This document shows positions 1 to 12,010 of a DNA stretch of 64,000 nt, one piece after another. The notes beneath the pieces are model-generated. The model saw only the letters and a program-made list of their open reading frames with translations. It ran no database searches and was not told the origin of the DNA. The DNA comes from Hemiscyllium ocellatum. Lineage: Eukaryota. The translations under genes were made by a program, and so were the position numbers. Location of the stretch: positions 53,283,131 to 53,347,130 of the forward strand of contig NC_083416.1 in NCBI RefSeq assembly GCF_020745735.1. The letters are read 5' to 3'. Numbering within the stretch: the first letter of the stretch is position 1; each line of letters begins with the position of its first letter.

Positions 1-59
1 CTGCTAGGAATATACAGAACAATGATGCTATCCCGTTGTTAGTCCAGCTGGAATTTTTC

Positions 60-2250
60 GAGTTTCCTGGGATAAGAGTGTCGCTGTTGCTGCCCACTGT
101 AAATTGCCCTTGCCCAGCTGCCTTCCTGAACTGCTGCTTCACCTGATGTAGGTACAATCAGGGTGCTGTTAGAAAGATATTCCCAGGTTTTACAGCCAGA
201 ATAACAGTGAAGGAATGGTAATGTCCCTCTTCATCTCAGAATGTGGGGCATTTGGAATACAAAATATAGGTGCTAACATTGCCATTTATCTGCTGTCCTT
301 GTTCTTCTAGAGTGGTCCAAGTCATGGGTTTTTGATTTTTATTCATTCACAGACTGTGGATATTGCTGGTTAAGTCAGCATTTATTCCCTCCATCTGGCC
401 GCCCTGATAAAGATGGCCGTGAGTGTCGTCTTGAACTACTGCAGACTTTGTGGTGTAGAAACATTGCTATTATGAAGGGATTTACCCAGCAACAGTGAAG
501 GAATGGCAAAATGGTTCCAAGTCAGGATGGAACATGGCTTGGAGGGGAAACCTGCAGGTGGCACTCCCACTCCCAGATGGAACTGTCAAAGGAAGATTGG
601 TAGTTGTGATGTATCTTGAAGTATCTGCTGTCACTGTGAACAGAGCAGAATATTTATGATGGTGGACAGGGTAATAATCAAGTCGGCTGATTTGTCAAGG
701 ACGATGTGAAGTCTGATTACTGGAAGTGGCAAAAAGAAGAGTATTCCATCCTACTCCTGAATTATGCCTTGTATTGAGAAAAAGGCTGTGGAGAGTCAGG
801 TAATGAGTTCCTCACTGCAGAATTCCCAGACTTCAACTTGCTCTTGGAGGCACTGTATTTATATGGCTGGGTCTTTCAATTTCTCATCAGTGGTAGACCC
901 ACTGATAGTGGTGGATTTAGTGAAAATATCATTGACACCATAGGGAGATTTGTTCTTGGTGAAGTTATTTATTGCTTCGCCCTTGTATGATTCAATTGTC
1001 ACTGATCAGCCCAATCCAAAATGTTGTTTGGATCTTGTTGCAAATGAGTATGGAATGTCTCCGAATCAGATGAGTTATGAATGCTCCTAATTATGACCAT
1101 CTCCGCTTGTAGTCTTATAATGGAGAAAGTTATTGATAAAACAGTTGAAGATGGTTAGCTTGGGAACACATCCAATAATATCTTGGACCACAACCATCTT
1201 CATTTATGAATCAAGTATTGTTCGAACCATATAGAATTTTCTAGCTGATTCCTATTCATTTCAGTTTTTCTAGGAATCCTCCATGCCATACTCCATCAAA
1301 TGCAGATGATAACTCGGTAGGTACTGCTTGATAGCAATAATGACACCTTTCATTACTTGCAGATGATAGCCAATACAGCTATAGCATTGGCAAAGGGTGG
1401 GCTAGTTCTGAAGCCAAAGTCCTCAACACCCTAGCTGGGATGCTTTCAGGGCCATAGCTTTTGGAGTCTCCAATACCTACATAGTCTTTTCAAGATGTCA
1501 TATGAAGTGAAACCAATTGGTTGAAGACTGAATCGGTAATGCTTGGGACTCGGGCAGAGATAGATTTGGATCACCCATTTAACCCTTCTGACTGGAGAGA
1601 TTTGCTTATACTTCATCCTTATCATGTTCATTGATGAGCTGGGCTTTCTCATCACTTTTCAACAGCGTCCTCCTCTCGGGTGCTTAATTGTCCACCACTA
1701 TTCATAACTGGATGTGGCAGACATGCAAAGCTTCTTTAATCTCCTGATTGCAGATTGCTCAGGTCTGTCTATCGCATGCTGCTTTGATTTAGCATGCATG
1801 GAATCTTGTATTAGAGCTCTGACGGGTTGGCACCTAATTTTTGGGCTTGTCACGTGCTGTTTTTACCATGCTCTCCTGCATTCTGCACGGAATGGAGTTT
1901 AATGAGAGAGAATGAGGGACTGTCAGGGTATGAGGTTACATATTGTGGCTGAGAACAATTCTGCTGATGACAGCCCACAGTGCCTCACGGATGCCAGTAC
2001 TGAGCAGCTAAATCTGTTCTGAATCTATCCCATTTAGGACAGCAGTACTGCCATTAAAAAAAAATGACGGTACCCTCAATAAGCAGACATGACACCAGAC
2101 GTACAAGGACTAAGTAGTGGACACTCTCACGAACTCTGTCATAGGTAGTTTTGAGAAAACAAATGTCAAGTGGGCCTTTTCTCTCACCACCCAATTCAGG
2201 CTCAGTTCAGTAGATACACCCTTCAAAGCTTAGCAGCACAGTCAGAAATG
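60..2250 (-). mobile_element. Old degraded CR1-group LINE fragments
   Basis: Same family as 6845-10260 and 13650-14295, sharing motifs such as CCAGCAACAGTGAAGGAATGG and TTCCAAGTCAGGATG. A-rich 3' tail appears as a T-run at ~330-345. Confidence 0.7.
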
Positions 2251-2254
2251 GGGC

Positions 2255-2505
2255 TAGAGGGCAGTTAAGAATCAACTATATTGCTGTGCACATTGTGTCA
2301 CAATTGAATTTAAAAAAAAGCAGATTTCTTTCCCTCAAAAAGGTCATGAGAGAATCAGTAGGGTTTTTGAACAACAATATGGCCATTTCATGTTCGCCAT
2401 TACAGAGACTAGCTTTTAATTCCTGTTTCAGTAGTTCATTGAATGTCGACACGGCAGGATTTGAAAACCTCAAGGACATAATTCAAGGTTAGTTGATTAC
2501 TCAAA
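2255..2505 (-). mobile_element. Degraded DeuSINE/SacSINE1-like SINE
   Basis: Diverged copy of the 10262-10635 element (GCAGTTAAGAATCAAC..., GGATTTGAA B-box complement). Confidence 0.55.
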
Positions 2506-3003
2506 TCAGAGTACGGAACTTGATGGAAGGTTGATACACTTCCAAGATGATTCTGTAGAACTAACAGAATAAGCAATAGATCCATCTTATGTATAGAATG
2601 CATTCAAGAATGATCAGCTGCACCAGTGTTAATAATATATTTCTTCCTTCATAACTTCCTCAGGCTAGCATCAGCATCAAGAGATGGTAAAACCAGTAGG
2701 GAGTATAATAGAGGTGAAAGTGAAGCATCTATTAAAAATAAATCATTAACACAAAGTTACAGAAATAGTAAGGAAACTGAATTATCAAAGCCCTCTGATT
2801 CAGCATAACAATTACCAAAAACACTACTTCTTTTGCTGGTGGAAGGAAGATGTTTATTCAACAGAATATAAGCCCTCGTGTAAATTAGCTTTGCATCTGA
2901 CTCCATACACAATTTCAACTAAAGAATAAACTTTGATCTTTAACTGCCGTTCATTTGATATTCTACACTGTCAAATAATACCCATAATCTTCTGAACCAA
3001 TAC

Positions 3004-3132
3004 CTTCTTTCCTTGCTCTTACTGCGGCTTCGAGAACGTGGTTGAGAATGTGACCTACGGCTTCTGCCTCGGCTTACTGATCGTCGTTTTTCACGGCTGC
3101 GAGATCGCCTCCTCTCTCGACTCCTGGAACGT
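3004..3132 (-). CDS. DDX46: DDX46 coding exon 3 (129 nt, RS domain)
   Basis: tcttgtag|ACGTTCCAGG...GGAAAGAAG|gtattg. Translates (R)RSRSRERRRSRSREKRRSVSRGRSRRSHSQPRSRSRSKSKER. Phase 2-2 and in frame with exon 2. CpG retention is unusual for the surrounding intron. Confidence 0.9.
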
Positions 3133-3797
3133 CTACAAGATGGAAGTATTTGATTTTAATGATTGGAAAACCAAGAAACAATCTTAGCACAGTTCATTTA
3201 TTTAGTTTTCTATCAACCGAGTGGGAATCTGAACATCATATAACCATGACTAAGTTCATATAGTCGGACATTTTTCCCAAATCGAGTTTCAATTTGGTAT
3301 GGCATTAGCTACTCCTATTATGAAAACTTGCTTACAGTTAATATTTGCTATTTCCTCAACCAACTGCATAATACAGGAGCCACCTGTAAAAACATGTTAA
3401 TATTTTCAATATTGTACAGCATTGATAATGTTATTTAAAAGAAACTAAAACTTGAAGTTAGAAATAAAATATATCCTGAACGGTACAAAGATGAAGTTGC
3501 ATTTGTGTAGCAATTTGTAATTTTAGAATGTTAAAGCATTTCACAGCCCAAGCATTTTTGACTTGTATTTACCATTGTAAGTAGGAAAACGCAGCAGTCA
3601 ATTTCCACTTCTCAAGATCCCACAAACAGCAATGATATAAATTACCACATCATTTTTTTGGTTTGGGATTATACTGGCTGAGTGTTATATACTGGCTGGG
3701 ACACTAGGCAAACCTCCCTGTTCTTCTTTGAAAAATGCCAATGAATTTTTTAATGTTTATCTGAGGGACAGGAATCAGTGCAACTACTCATCTAAAA

Positions 3798-3968
3798 AAA
3801 AATCACGATCCAACAGGTTTATTAGAAATTATAAGCTTTCGGAGCGCTGCTCCTTCATCACCTGATGAAGGAGTAGTGCTTCGAAAGCTAGTGATTTCTA
3901 ATAAACCTGTTGGACTATAACCTGGAGTCGTGTGCCCCCCCCAGTCCAACACAGGCACCTCCACATCA
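3798..3968. mobile_element. Penelope-derived hairpin mini-element (family B) with 9-bp TSD
   Basis: Inverted arms 3809-3860 and 3863-3914. CATCTAAAA is duplicated at 3789-3797 and 3969-3977. Sequence matches the Penelope termini at 20365 and 30553. Confidence 0.8.
3857..3895 (+). ncRNA. Minimal type-I hammerhead ribozyme motif
   Basis: ATCAC-CTGATGA-A-GGAG(TAGTG)CTTC-GAAA-GC-TA-GTGAT: 5-bp helix I, 4-bp helix II, palindromic AGCT helix III, predicted cleavage after CUA (3890). Confidence 0.75.
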
Positions 3969-6900
3969 CATCTAAAAGATCAGCAATGCTGCAAAATCAG
4001 TACTGTACTGCAGTTTTAGTCTACTAATTGTGTTCACATTGAGTTCACCACACCATGAAGTCTCATTACGTTCACATGCTAAGAATAGGGTCTAAACCAA
4101 GAATTCCCTTATTGTAAAGGTCAGAGTGCTACTAATAAGCTAAGACTAAAACCTCCAACCAGCTCTTGCAGTAGTAATTATGGGGAAGTTTCAGTGCTTG
4201 CTTCCATATACTTCTGAAACTAACAGAAACCTTAGACTTTCGCACATGGCAAGTTTAACATAGAAAGACTGAAACTGTTGGCAGTGACTCTATGCCTGCC
4301 CTTGAGCTTTACCATTAAAGACTTCCCCAGATGGCAATCATTGAAATCACTGAACTGATGGGAATCAGTTTTATAGTTTTGCTGTTAAACCCTTGAAAAA
4401 AGTACACCTTGCTGAATGAGATGCAACTGAGCTTTTTGTCTGGTGCACTAAGTTTGTAAGTACCAATAAGCCTCACTGGTCCTAGACAATCTTATATTCA
4501 TGGAATATAACATTTTTCCATCATAATTTTAAAAAATTGCTTTAAAAATATATACTTTGGGTTATATCATAATCCCATGCACATGTCCCAACCATTGTTT
4601 TGCTTCCAAAAATCTTCACTAAAAGTGAAGGATAATCAGTACATTTTACTCCCTGGTTTGCTGTCTGTGAGAATATTTCAACGTGATTGGCTGCTTACCC
4701 GACTTGATAACATCACTGTTGGATGTCTGGAGATCCCTTTGACTTTGCGTCAGGTTCAAACTGACGTTGGGAAAAGGGAAGTCCACGCCACAGAGATCAC
4801 AAAATCTTTGTGGGTAGCTTTCTTCAAAGTCAGCAGTCAGTTAACTGCAAAACCTGGTCCTAACATTAGGTAAAGTTTAAATGGCTATCTACTCACTTTG
4901 GTGTGACCACTGACATTCTGCATCTCTGTGGTATTCTGTGTGAGATAAAATTAAATAAACAATTGGAAAGAAAGTGGAAAATAGCACACAATCAAAAATA
5001 AGTTATACTCAGCTTTACATCTTGCATTAGACTACATAAAATGGGCAAAAATTTCATCATTTTTTCCAGGGATTCAGTGTGGCTGCTATTTGTTCCACAA
5101 ATTAGGAACAATAACCACATTTTTATTACATAGTGCTTTATGACATTATTATATTTTCCAGATTCACAAATCCGTGAATCCTGTATTTAGAAAGCCAAAC
5201 CACAATCTACAAAATATAAACAACAAAAGGAAAACCAGCGGGACAATCACCAGGTACTATTCTGGTGACAGTCAGTTTCAGAGTAACTTTGGCATTGGCT
5301 TTGTTGCTGAACAACCTCTTTGCCAACATTGGGACATTTCATATGTTCACCCACAAAAGATTTATTGCAGAAAAAAATGAATCATCCATCAAATACCATC
5401 AAACTTAAACAAGTGTATCAGATGTGTTTTGAATTACCATATCGCAGTGTTCTACAACAGACTGATCATAAACTTCAATCTGGTTTATTGTACTCCACTA
5501 GATCAATTTGATCTTTAACTGAAAGTGTGCTCATTAATGCAAAGTAAAAACATATTCATGCAAACTATGCATATTTCAATATTGTCATTGATATTTACGG
5601 AATGCAAAGGACATTTTAGACTGAAAAAGAAAGACAGTTGATCAAAACACTCTGCAATGGCATAAATTAAACAGCAATTTATGCCATAATCTAATAGAGC
5701 ACATACTAAGATATTTACTATATTCTCAATGGAGGAATTTTTCTTCCAAAAGTACAAGACACCATCCACCATTACACGTAAAATGTATCCCAAACAATTC
5801 TAGTATTAACAGCAATAGCAAGGCCACTGTACAGACCATAATGGATCACTTGCATAAAAATACTTACTTGAGTAGTCCTGGCAATGCTTTTTCAGTATAT
5901 TTTGAAATATGCCTATATTTTAAATTTTGTCAGACAGTTTACTTTCCACATTTCTATCAAATACTAATTCAAAATAAAAGGTACTAAAAATATTTTGACC
6001 ATATCAAAAGTTCTACCATAGGCCTTAAAATGTTAACATTCAACTTATTAAAAGATAGCAGGCATAAAAAGTTTATAGCTTTTAAAGTTATCAGTATTTC
6101 ACCATGATATGTAGATCAGAGATGTCTAATAAATTAAAACCAGTTGACAACAAGCTATACAGAAAAACTGTTCTTTCATATAAAGTAGGTTTATGTAAGT
6201 AGTCATAAAGGCTGCTACTTGCATAGGTTAAAAATACAAAGCATTAATAATACTCAGAAGGTTGGACAGCACCTACGTAAAATGAAACAGTTAGCATTGA
6301 GTCAAATTTAACTTTTCTTCATTTGTTAATTGTTCTGACTGAACTGAAGCTGCTAGGCCTGCTCAGCATTTCTAGTACCTTCTGTTTTTATTTCAGAGTA
6401 CAAGTATCCAAACTGTTTTGATGCTATTTGCTGCTATAAGCAATGTTAAATGCCAAAAGTCCATTATCTCACATCAGTATCATGCATAGTACCATATACA
6501 ATTGCAAATATTGCTCTGCTCAAAAGACCATGCCAAATCTACTTTACAACTCTACTTTTGTAACTGAGAAAAAAATACATAATTAAATTTAAAACAAAAA
6601 AGGTACAGATGATGACAATATATTTAATTTCCTTGAACTGCAAATATCCAAAACAGAGAACTCAAGTAATCAGTGCAAAAAGAAATTTAAGAGGGAAACG
6701 TGATCAAACAAATAATGGGACGATATCAAGAACAGAATAAACTGCTTATTGGAAATAACTTCCACTAACAGGATACTTCCCCATTCATCAAGTCTTTTGT
6801 TATGGTCATCATCAAGTTATTTCAGACTTCCTAATGTTCTTTTCCTTTATTCTTCCTCATTTCTGTGGGGTTGTGAGCATTGCTGGTTGTCCAGCATTTA

Positions 6901-8356
6901 TTGCCCTACCCTAGTTGCCTCCTTAGAGGTGTTGGTGAGTTACCTTCTTGCTGCAGACCGTTACTGTGGGTTAACCCATGATTCCATTAGGGAGGATATT
7001 CCAGGATATTGACCCAGCAACAGTGAAGAAACAGCAATAGATTTCCAAGTCAGGATTGTGAGTGGCTTGAAGGGGAACCTGAAGGTGGTGGTGTTCCCAT
7101 GCATTTGCTGCCCTTGTCCTTCTAGATGGAAGTGTTCATCGGCTTGGAAGATGCTATCTAGGGATCTCTGGTGAACTTCTGCAGTGTGTATGTTTGTGGT
7201 AGTGTCCATCAAGTGCACTGCTTTGATATGGGCAGTGTCAAGCTTCTTGAGTGTTGTTGAAGAAGCACCTATCCAGTCAAGTAGACACTATTCCATCACA
7301 CTCATGATGTGTGTCTTGCAGATGATGGAGAGGCTTTGGGGAGTCAGGAGATGAGTTAATCACTGCAGTACTCCTAGACTCTGACCTGCTCTTGTAGCCA
7401 CTGTATTTATATGGCAAATCCAGCTGAGTCTCTTGTCAATAGTAATCCTCAGGATTTTGACAGTGTGGGATTCTGTGAATGTAACACTGAACGTCAAGGG
7501 GCAGTATTTAGATCGTCTTATTGGAAAAGGTTCACCAGACTGATTCTTGGAATGGCAGGGCTGATGTAAGCAAATACTGGATTGACTGGGCTTGTACTTG
7601 CTGGAATTTAGAAGAATATGGGGGGATTTCATAAACCATATAAAATCCTGATGGAACTGAACAGGCTAGATGTAGGGAGAATGTTCCCAATGTTGGGAAA
7701 GTCCAGAACTAGACGTCACAAGCGAAGAATAAGAGATTAGCCATTCAGGACTGTGACAAAGAATTTCTTCACTCAAAAAGTTGCGAACCTGTGGGATTAC
7801 CTCTCACAGGAAGCTGTTGGTTCAGTTCATTAGATATATTAAGCAGCTGAAGATGGTTGGGCTTACCATGTTGCCTTGAGGAACTCCTGCAGAGAGATGT
7901 CCTATAGCTAAGATGACTGATCTCCAACAACTGTGACCACCTTCCTATGTGCCGAGTATGACTCCAACAAGCAGAGAGTTTGCCCGCTGGTACCTATTGA
8001 TTCCAGTTCTGCTAGGGCTCCTTGATGCCACACTGTCAAATGCAACCTTGATATCAAGGGCTATCAATCTCACCGCACCTCTGGAATTGAGTTCTTTTGT
8101 CCATGTTTGAACTAAGGCTATTATGAGATCAGGGGCTGAGTGGCCCTGGCGAAACCCAAACTAGGCATTACTAAACAGGTTATTGCTGAGCGGGTGCAGC
8201 TTGATAGCACTATTGATGACACCTTCCATCAGGAAATTAGTAGTGTAATGGTAAAGTCATGTGACTCCTAATCGAGATGCTCCAGGCCAATATACTGGGG
8301 ATGTAGGTTCAAATTCCTCCATGGCAGAGTTCAGAAGACAGTGATTGATATCTTTG

Positions 8357-8976
8357 TGGGTGGCACAGTGGTTAGCACTACTGCCTCGCAGTGCCCGAGA
8401 CCCGGGTTCAATTCCCGACTCAGGCGACTGACTGTGTGGAGTTTGCACGTTCTCCCCGTATCTGAGTGGGTTTCCTCCGGGTGCTCCGGTTTCCTCCCAC
8501 AGTCCAAAGATGTGCGGGTCAGGTGAGTTGGCCATGCTAAATTGCCTGTAGTGTTAGGTAAGGGGTAAATGTAGGGGTATGGGTGGGTTGCGCTTCGGCG
8601 GGTCGGTGTGGACTTGTTGGGCCAAAGGGCCTGTTTCCACACTGTAAGTAATAGGGCGGCATGGTGGCACAGTGGTTGGCACTGCTGCCTCACAGCACCA
8701 GGGACCTGGGTTCAATTCCCGCCTCAGGCGACTGACTGTGTGGAGTTTGCACGTTCTCCCCGTGTCTGCGTGGGTTTCCTCCGGGTGCTCCGGTTTCCTC
8801 CCACAGTCCAAAGATGTGCGGGTCAGGTGAATTGGCCATGCTAAATTGCCCGTAGTGTTAGGTAAGGGGTATATGTAGGGGTATGGGTGGGTTGCGCTTC
8901 GGTAGGTCGGTGTGGACTTGTTGGGCCGAAGGGCCTGTTTCCACACTGTAAGTAAGTAATCTAATCTAATCTAATC
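8357..8976 (+). mobile_element. Tandem dimer of HE1-type V-SINEs (8357-8650, 8654-8976)
   Basis: tRNA-like head with A box (TGGCACAGTGG) and B box (GGTTCAATTCC), V-domain GTCTGCGTGGGTTTCCTCCGGGTGCTCCGGTTTCCTCCCAC, CR1-derived tail and (TAATC)n end. Confidence 0.9.
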
Positions 8977-9194
8977 TTCCACCACTTTACGTGGTGATCG
9001 AGAGTAATTGACTGGGTTGAATGTGCCCTGTGTTTTATGTCCAGGACAAATCTGGGTAATTTTCCACATTGTCAATTAGATACTAGTGGTGTAACTGTAC
9101 TGGAATAGCTTGGCTAGGGAAGTAGCAAGTTCTGGTGCACGAGTTTTCAGTACTAATGCTGTCAGAACCCACAGCCTTTGCAGTATCCAATGCC

Positions 9195-9402
9195 GAGTAA
9201 AAAATGAGGTCTGCAGATGCTGGAGATCACAGCTGAAAATGTGTTGCTGGTCAAAGCACAGCAGGCCAGGCAGCATCTCAGGAATAGGGAATTCGACGTT
9301 TCGAGCATAACCCTGATGAAGGGCTTATGCTCGAAACGTCAAATTCCCTATTCCTGAGATGCTGCCTGGCCTGCTGTGCTTTGACCAGCAACACATTTTC
9401 AC
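9195..9402. mobile_element. Penelope-derived hairpin mini-element (family A) with 14-bp TSD and hammerhead core
   Basis: Near-perfect arms ~9234-9313 and ~9321-9401. CAGTATCCAATGCC is duplicated at 9181-9194 and 9403-9416. CTGATGA-A-GGGC(TTAT)GCTC-GAAA-CG-TC at 9313-9340 (+). Confidence 0.85.
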
Positions 9403-10261
9403 CAGTATCCAATGCCTCCAACCGTTTCTTGAAATCACATGGAGTGAATCGAATTGGTTGAAGACTGGTTTCTCTAATGCTGGGGACCACTGCAGAAGGC
9501 CGAGATTAATCATCCACTCGGCACTTCTGGCTGAAGATTGCTGTGAATGGTTTTGCCTTAACTTTTGCACTGGTGTGCCAGGCTCTTCCATCATGTGGAT
9601 GGGAATACTTGTGGAGCCTCCTTCTCCAGTGAGTTGTTTAATTATCCACTAACATTCACAACTGGATGTGGAAAGACTGCAGAGTGTAGATCGGATCTGT
9701 TGATTGTGCGGTCGTTTAGCTCTTTCAATTACTGCTTTATGGTGTTTGGCTATTTGGTAGCTTCACCAGGGTGACACCTCATCTTCAGATATGCCTGGTG
9801 CTGTTCCTGGCATACCCACCTGCATTCTCCATTGAACCAAGGTTGATCCCCTGGCTTCTCAGTAATGGATGAGTGGAGTATAAACTGAAGTATGATGTTT
9901 CGGATTGTGCAGGAGTACAATTCTGCTGCTGGGGTAGCCCACAGTACCTCCTGGATGCCCAGTCTTGAGTTATTAGGTCTGTACGAAGTGAATAACTAAT
10001 ACTAATATTAATAAATCTAATAACTAATACTGTAGAACAATGATAGTGCCACACAACAAAATAGAGGTTATTCTTAATGTGAAGGTGGGGCTTCATCTCC
10101 ACAAGGACTGTGCGGTGGTCACTCTTACAGATACTATCATGGCAGTCAGCAGATTGGAAAGGATGAGGTCAAGTGTTGTTGCCAAGTCTCTCTTGGTAGT
10201 GGACATTGAAATCCCCACCCAGAGTACACTTTGTGCCTTGCCATCCTCAGTGCTTCCTCCA

Positions 10262-10635
10262 TGGAATTTAAATGATCTATCCATTTCCTTGAGACTTTTG
10301 TAGTGATTGGTACAACCGAACGGCTTGCTAGGTTATTTAAGACAGCAATTAAGAATCAACCATGTCATTATGGGTCTGGAGTCACATGTGGACCACACCA
10401 GGTGAGGATGGCAGTTTTCCCTGAAGGACATTAGTGAACCAGATAGGTTTTCCAACAATCAACAATGGTTTCACAGTCATCAGTAGATTCTTAATTCCAG
10501 ATTTTATTTTATTATTGAATTCAAGATCAATCATCTGCAATGATGGGACACAAACTCAGATCCCCAGTACATTAGCTGAGTTTCTGGATTAATAGTCTAG
10601 TGGTAATAGTCCAGCCACTAGGCCATCACCTCCCT
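10262..10635 (-). mobile_element. DeuSINE/SacSINE1-like SINE
   Basis: Minus-strand tRNA-like head (GGGAGGTGATGGCCTAGTGG...GAGTTTGTGTCCC) and central CTGGTTCACTAATGTCCTTCAGGGAA Deu-like domain. Confidence 0.65.
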
Positions 10636-10820
10636 GAATTATTCTGGGTTCTAAAATGTCTAGACTTGAATTATTAGGTTGTTATTCAAATCTAAAATAT
10701 GGAGACCCAAGACTCTCAAACAACATTAGCTCTTAGCCTAATATAATGGTCACACTGGTCCCCCCCACCCCTCAAAAACCAAAAACACTTACTCATTTTA
10801 CAAAACACTAAAATCCTCAC

Positions 10821-11012
10821 CTGAGCCGTTTCCTTTCCCGAGATCTTGACCGTCTCCTGTCTCGACTTCGAGAGCGATCTCTTCTCCGATCACGTTCTCG
10901 GCTGCGCGAGCGACCTCTAATATCCCCAAGTTTGGACCGCTTCTCAGCAGGTGAACGACTTCTGGAGCGACTTCCGGAACGCCCTCGTGATGCAGATCGC
11001 TTCCGATAATGT
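10821..11012 (-). CDS. DDX46: DDX46 coding exon 2 (192 nt, RS domain)
   Basis: tttttttag|ACATTATCGG...CGGCTCAG|gtgagg. Translates (R)HYRKRSASRGRSGSRSRSRSPAEKRSKLGDIRGRSRSRERDRRRDRSRSRDRRRSRSRERKRL(R). Phase 2-2. Confidence 0.95.
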
Positions 11013-11879
11013 CTAAAAAAATGATAAAACATTTTTACCTCAGCCTTGACAAAGTAGATCTGCACAAAAAAAGGAACTTTGGTCATCCTTGCAGGAAAGA
11101 CAAATAGATTTCAACTAAAACTCAAAACTTTGTTTTTGCTGCCCCCCGCCCCCAAACAAATCTAGTCTATGTCTACAGTACCATGATAGTTAATCCAAAG
11201 AATGAGTTCAAATCCCATCCTATCACTGATAATTTGATTTCAGTTTTAAAAGCAAAATATAAAACTTACGCCATAAAATCCCAATATGCCATTACTATAT
11301 TTTGGAAACTAAACTCACTACTGTGTGCTATGTAGTCCTAAACCAGCACAGCCATATAAATTAGTCAAGGTCAGTGTCTCCAGTTATATCAAATTGCTAA
11401 AAATGTACTAGTTCTTAAAGAGCTGGCACCAGCATTTTCAGTGGGAATAGGATGGGGAGTGTATAGAATCACAAGTTATTTGGCTTTATCATTAGTTTGA
11501 TGAAGCTATCAAACTAGACCCAAGCCAATGCTCTTTTCCCTTTGTTGTGACAATTTTCCTTCTCCCAGTACTTATCCAACATCTTTTTCAAGTCATTATT
11601 GAATCTCTTCCCAACACCTTCTCAAACTCAGAATTTTAGGTCATAGGAATTAGTAACAAGAGACATGAAATCAAAGTTGTTTTCTAACCTGTCACTCATC
11701 AGGACTGAAAAATGAGAAAAACTAACTGAGAAAGGAACAAACTATAATGCTCAAAAAAGTGATTTCCTGGATCATGTTTGGCATGGAGATGCAGGAAGAA
11801 CACTTTTCTAAGGAGGAAAATTCAAGTTCTCTGACCTCTCCAAATAACTGAAGTGCCTCATCAATGGTCCCGATCTAGT

Positions 11880-12010
11880 CAGAGATGTACAGCATGGAAA
11901 CAGACCCTTCGGTCCAACTCGTCCATGTTGACCAGATATCCCAACCCAGTCTAGTCCCACCTGTCAGCAGCCGGCCCCTATCCCTCCAAACCTTTCCTAT
12001 TCATATACCC
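11880..12010 (-). mobile_element. CR1 LINE 3' end fragment
   Basis: Complement of the CR1 3'UTR (TTGGACCGAAGGGTCTGTTTCCATGCTGTAC). Confidence 0.75.

Larger units (their letters stand above)
6845..10260 (-). mobile_element. Old CR1-group LINE, interrupted by several younger insertions
   Basis: RT C-terminal remnant TIDKRLSWICHINTVATRAGQSLGVL and endonuclease-side remnant LWVG..TLDLILSNL. Interrupted at ~7520-7845 (CR1 fragment), 8231-8976 (SINEs) and 9195-9402 (hairpin). Confidence 0.75.

Noticed and set aside
8357-8420. tRNA gene (A/B boxes)
   Set aside because: It is the tRNA-derived head of an HE1 SINE, with no full cloverleaf and a V-domain following.
9195-9402. miRNA precursor or classical MITE
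   Set aside because: The arms are Penelope terminal sequence, the inverted repeats are not terminal on both sides, and the TSD is 14 bp.
10817-11086. 89-aa ORF as a standalone SR protein
   Set aside because: It is DDX46 exon 2 plus in-frame intron sequence.
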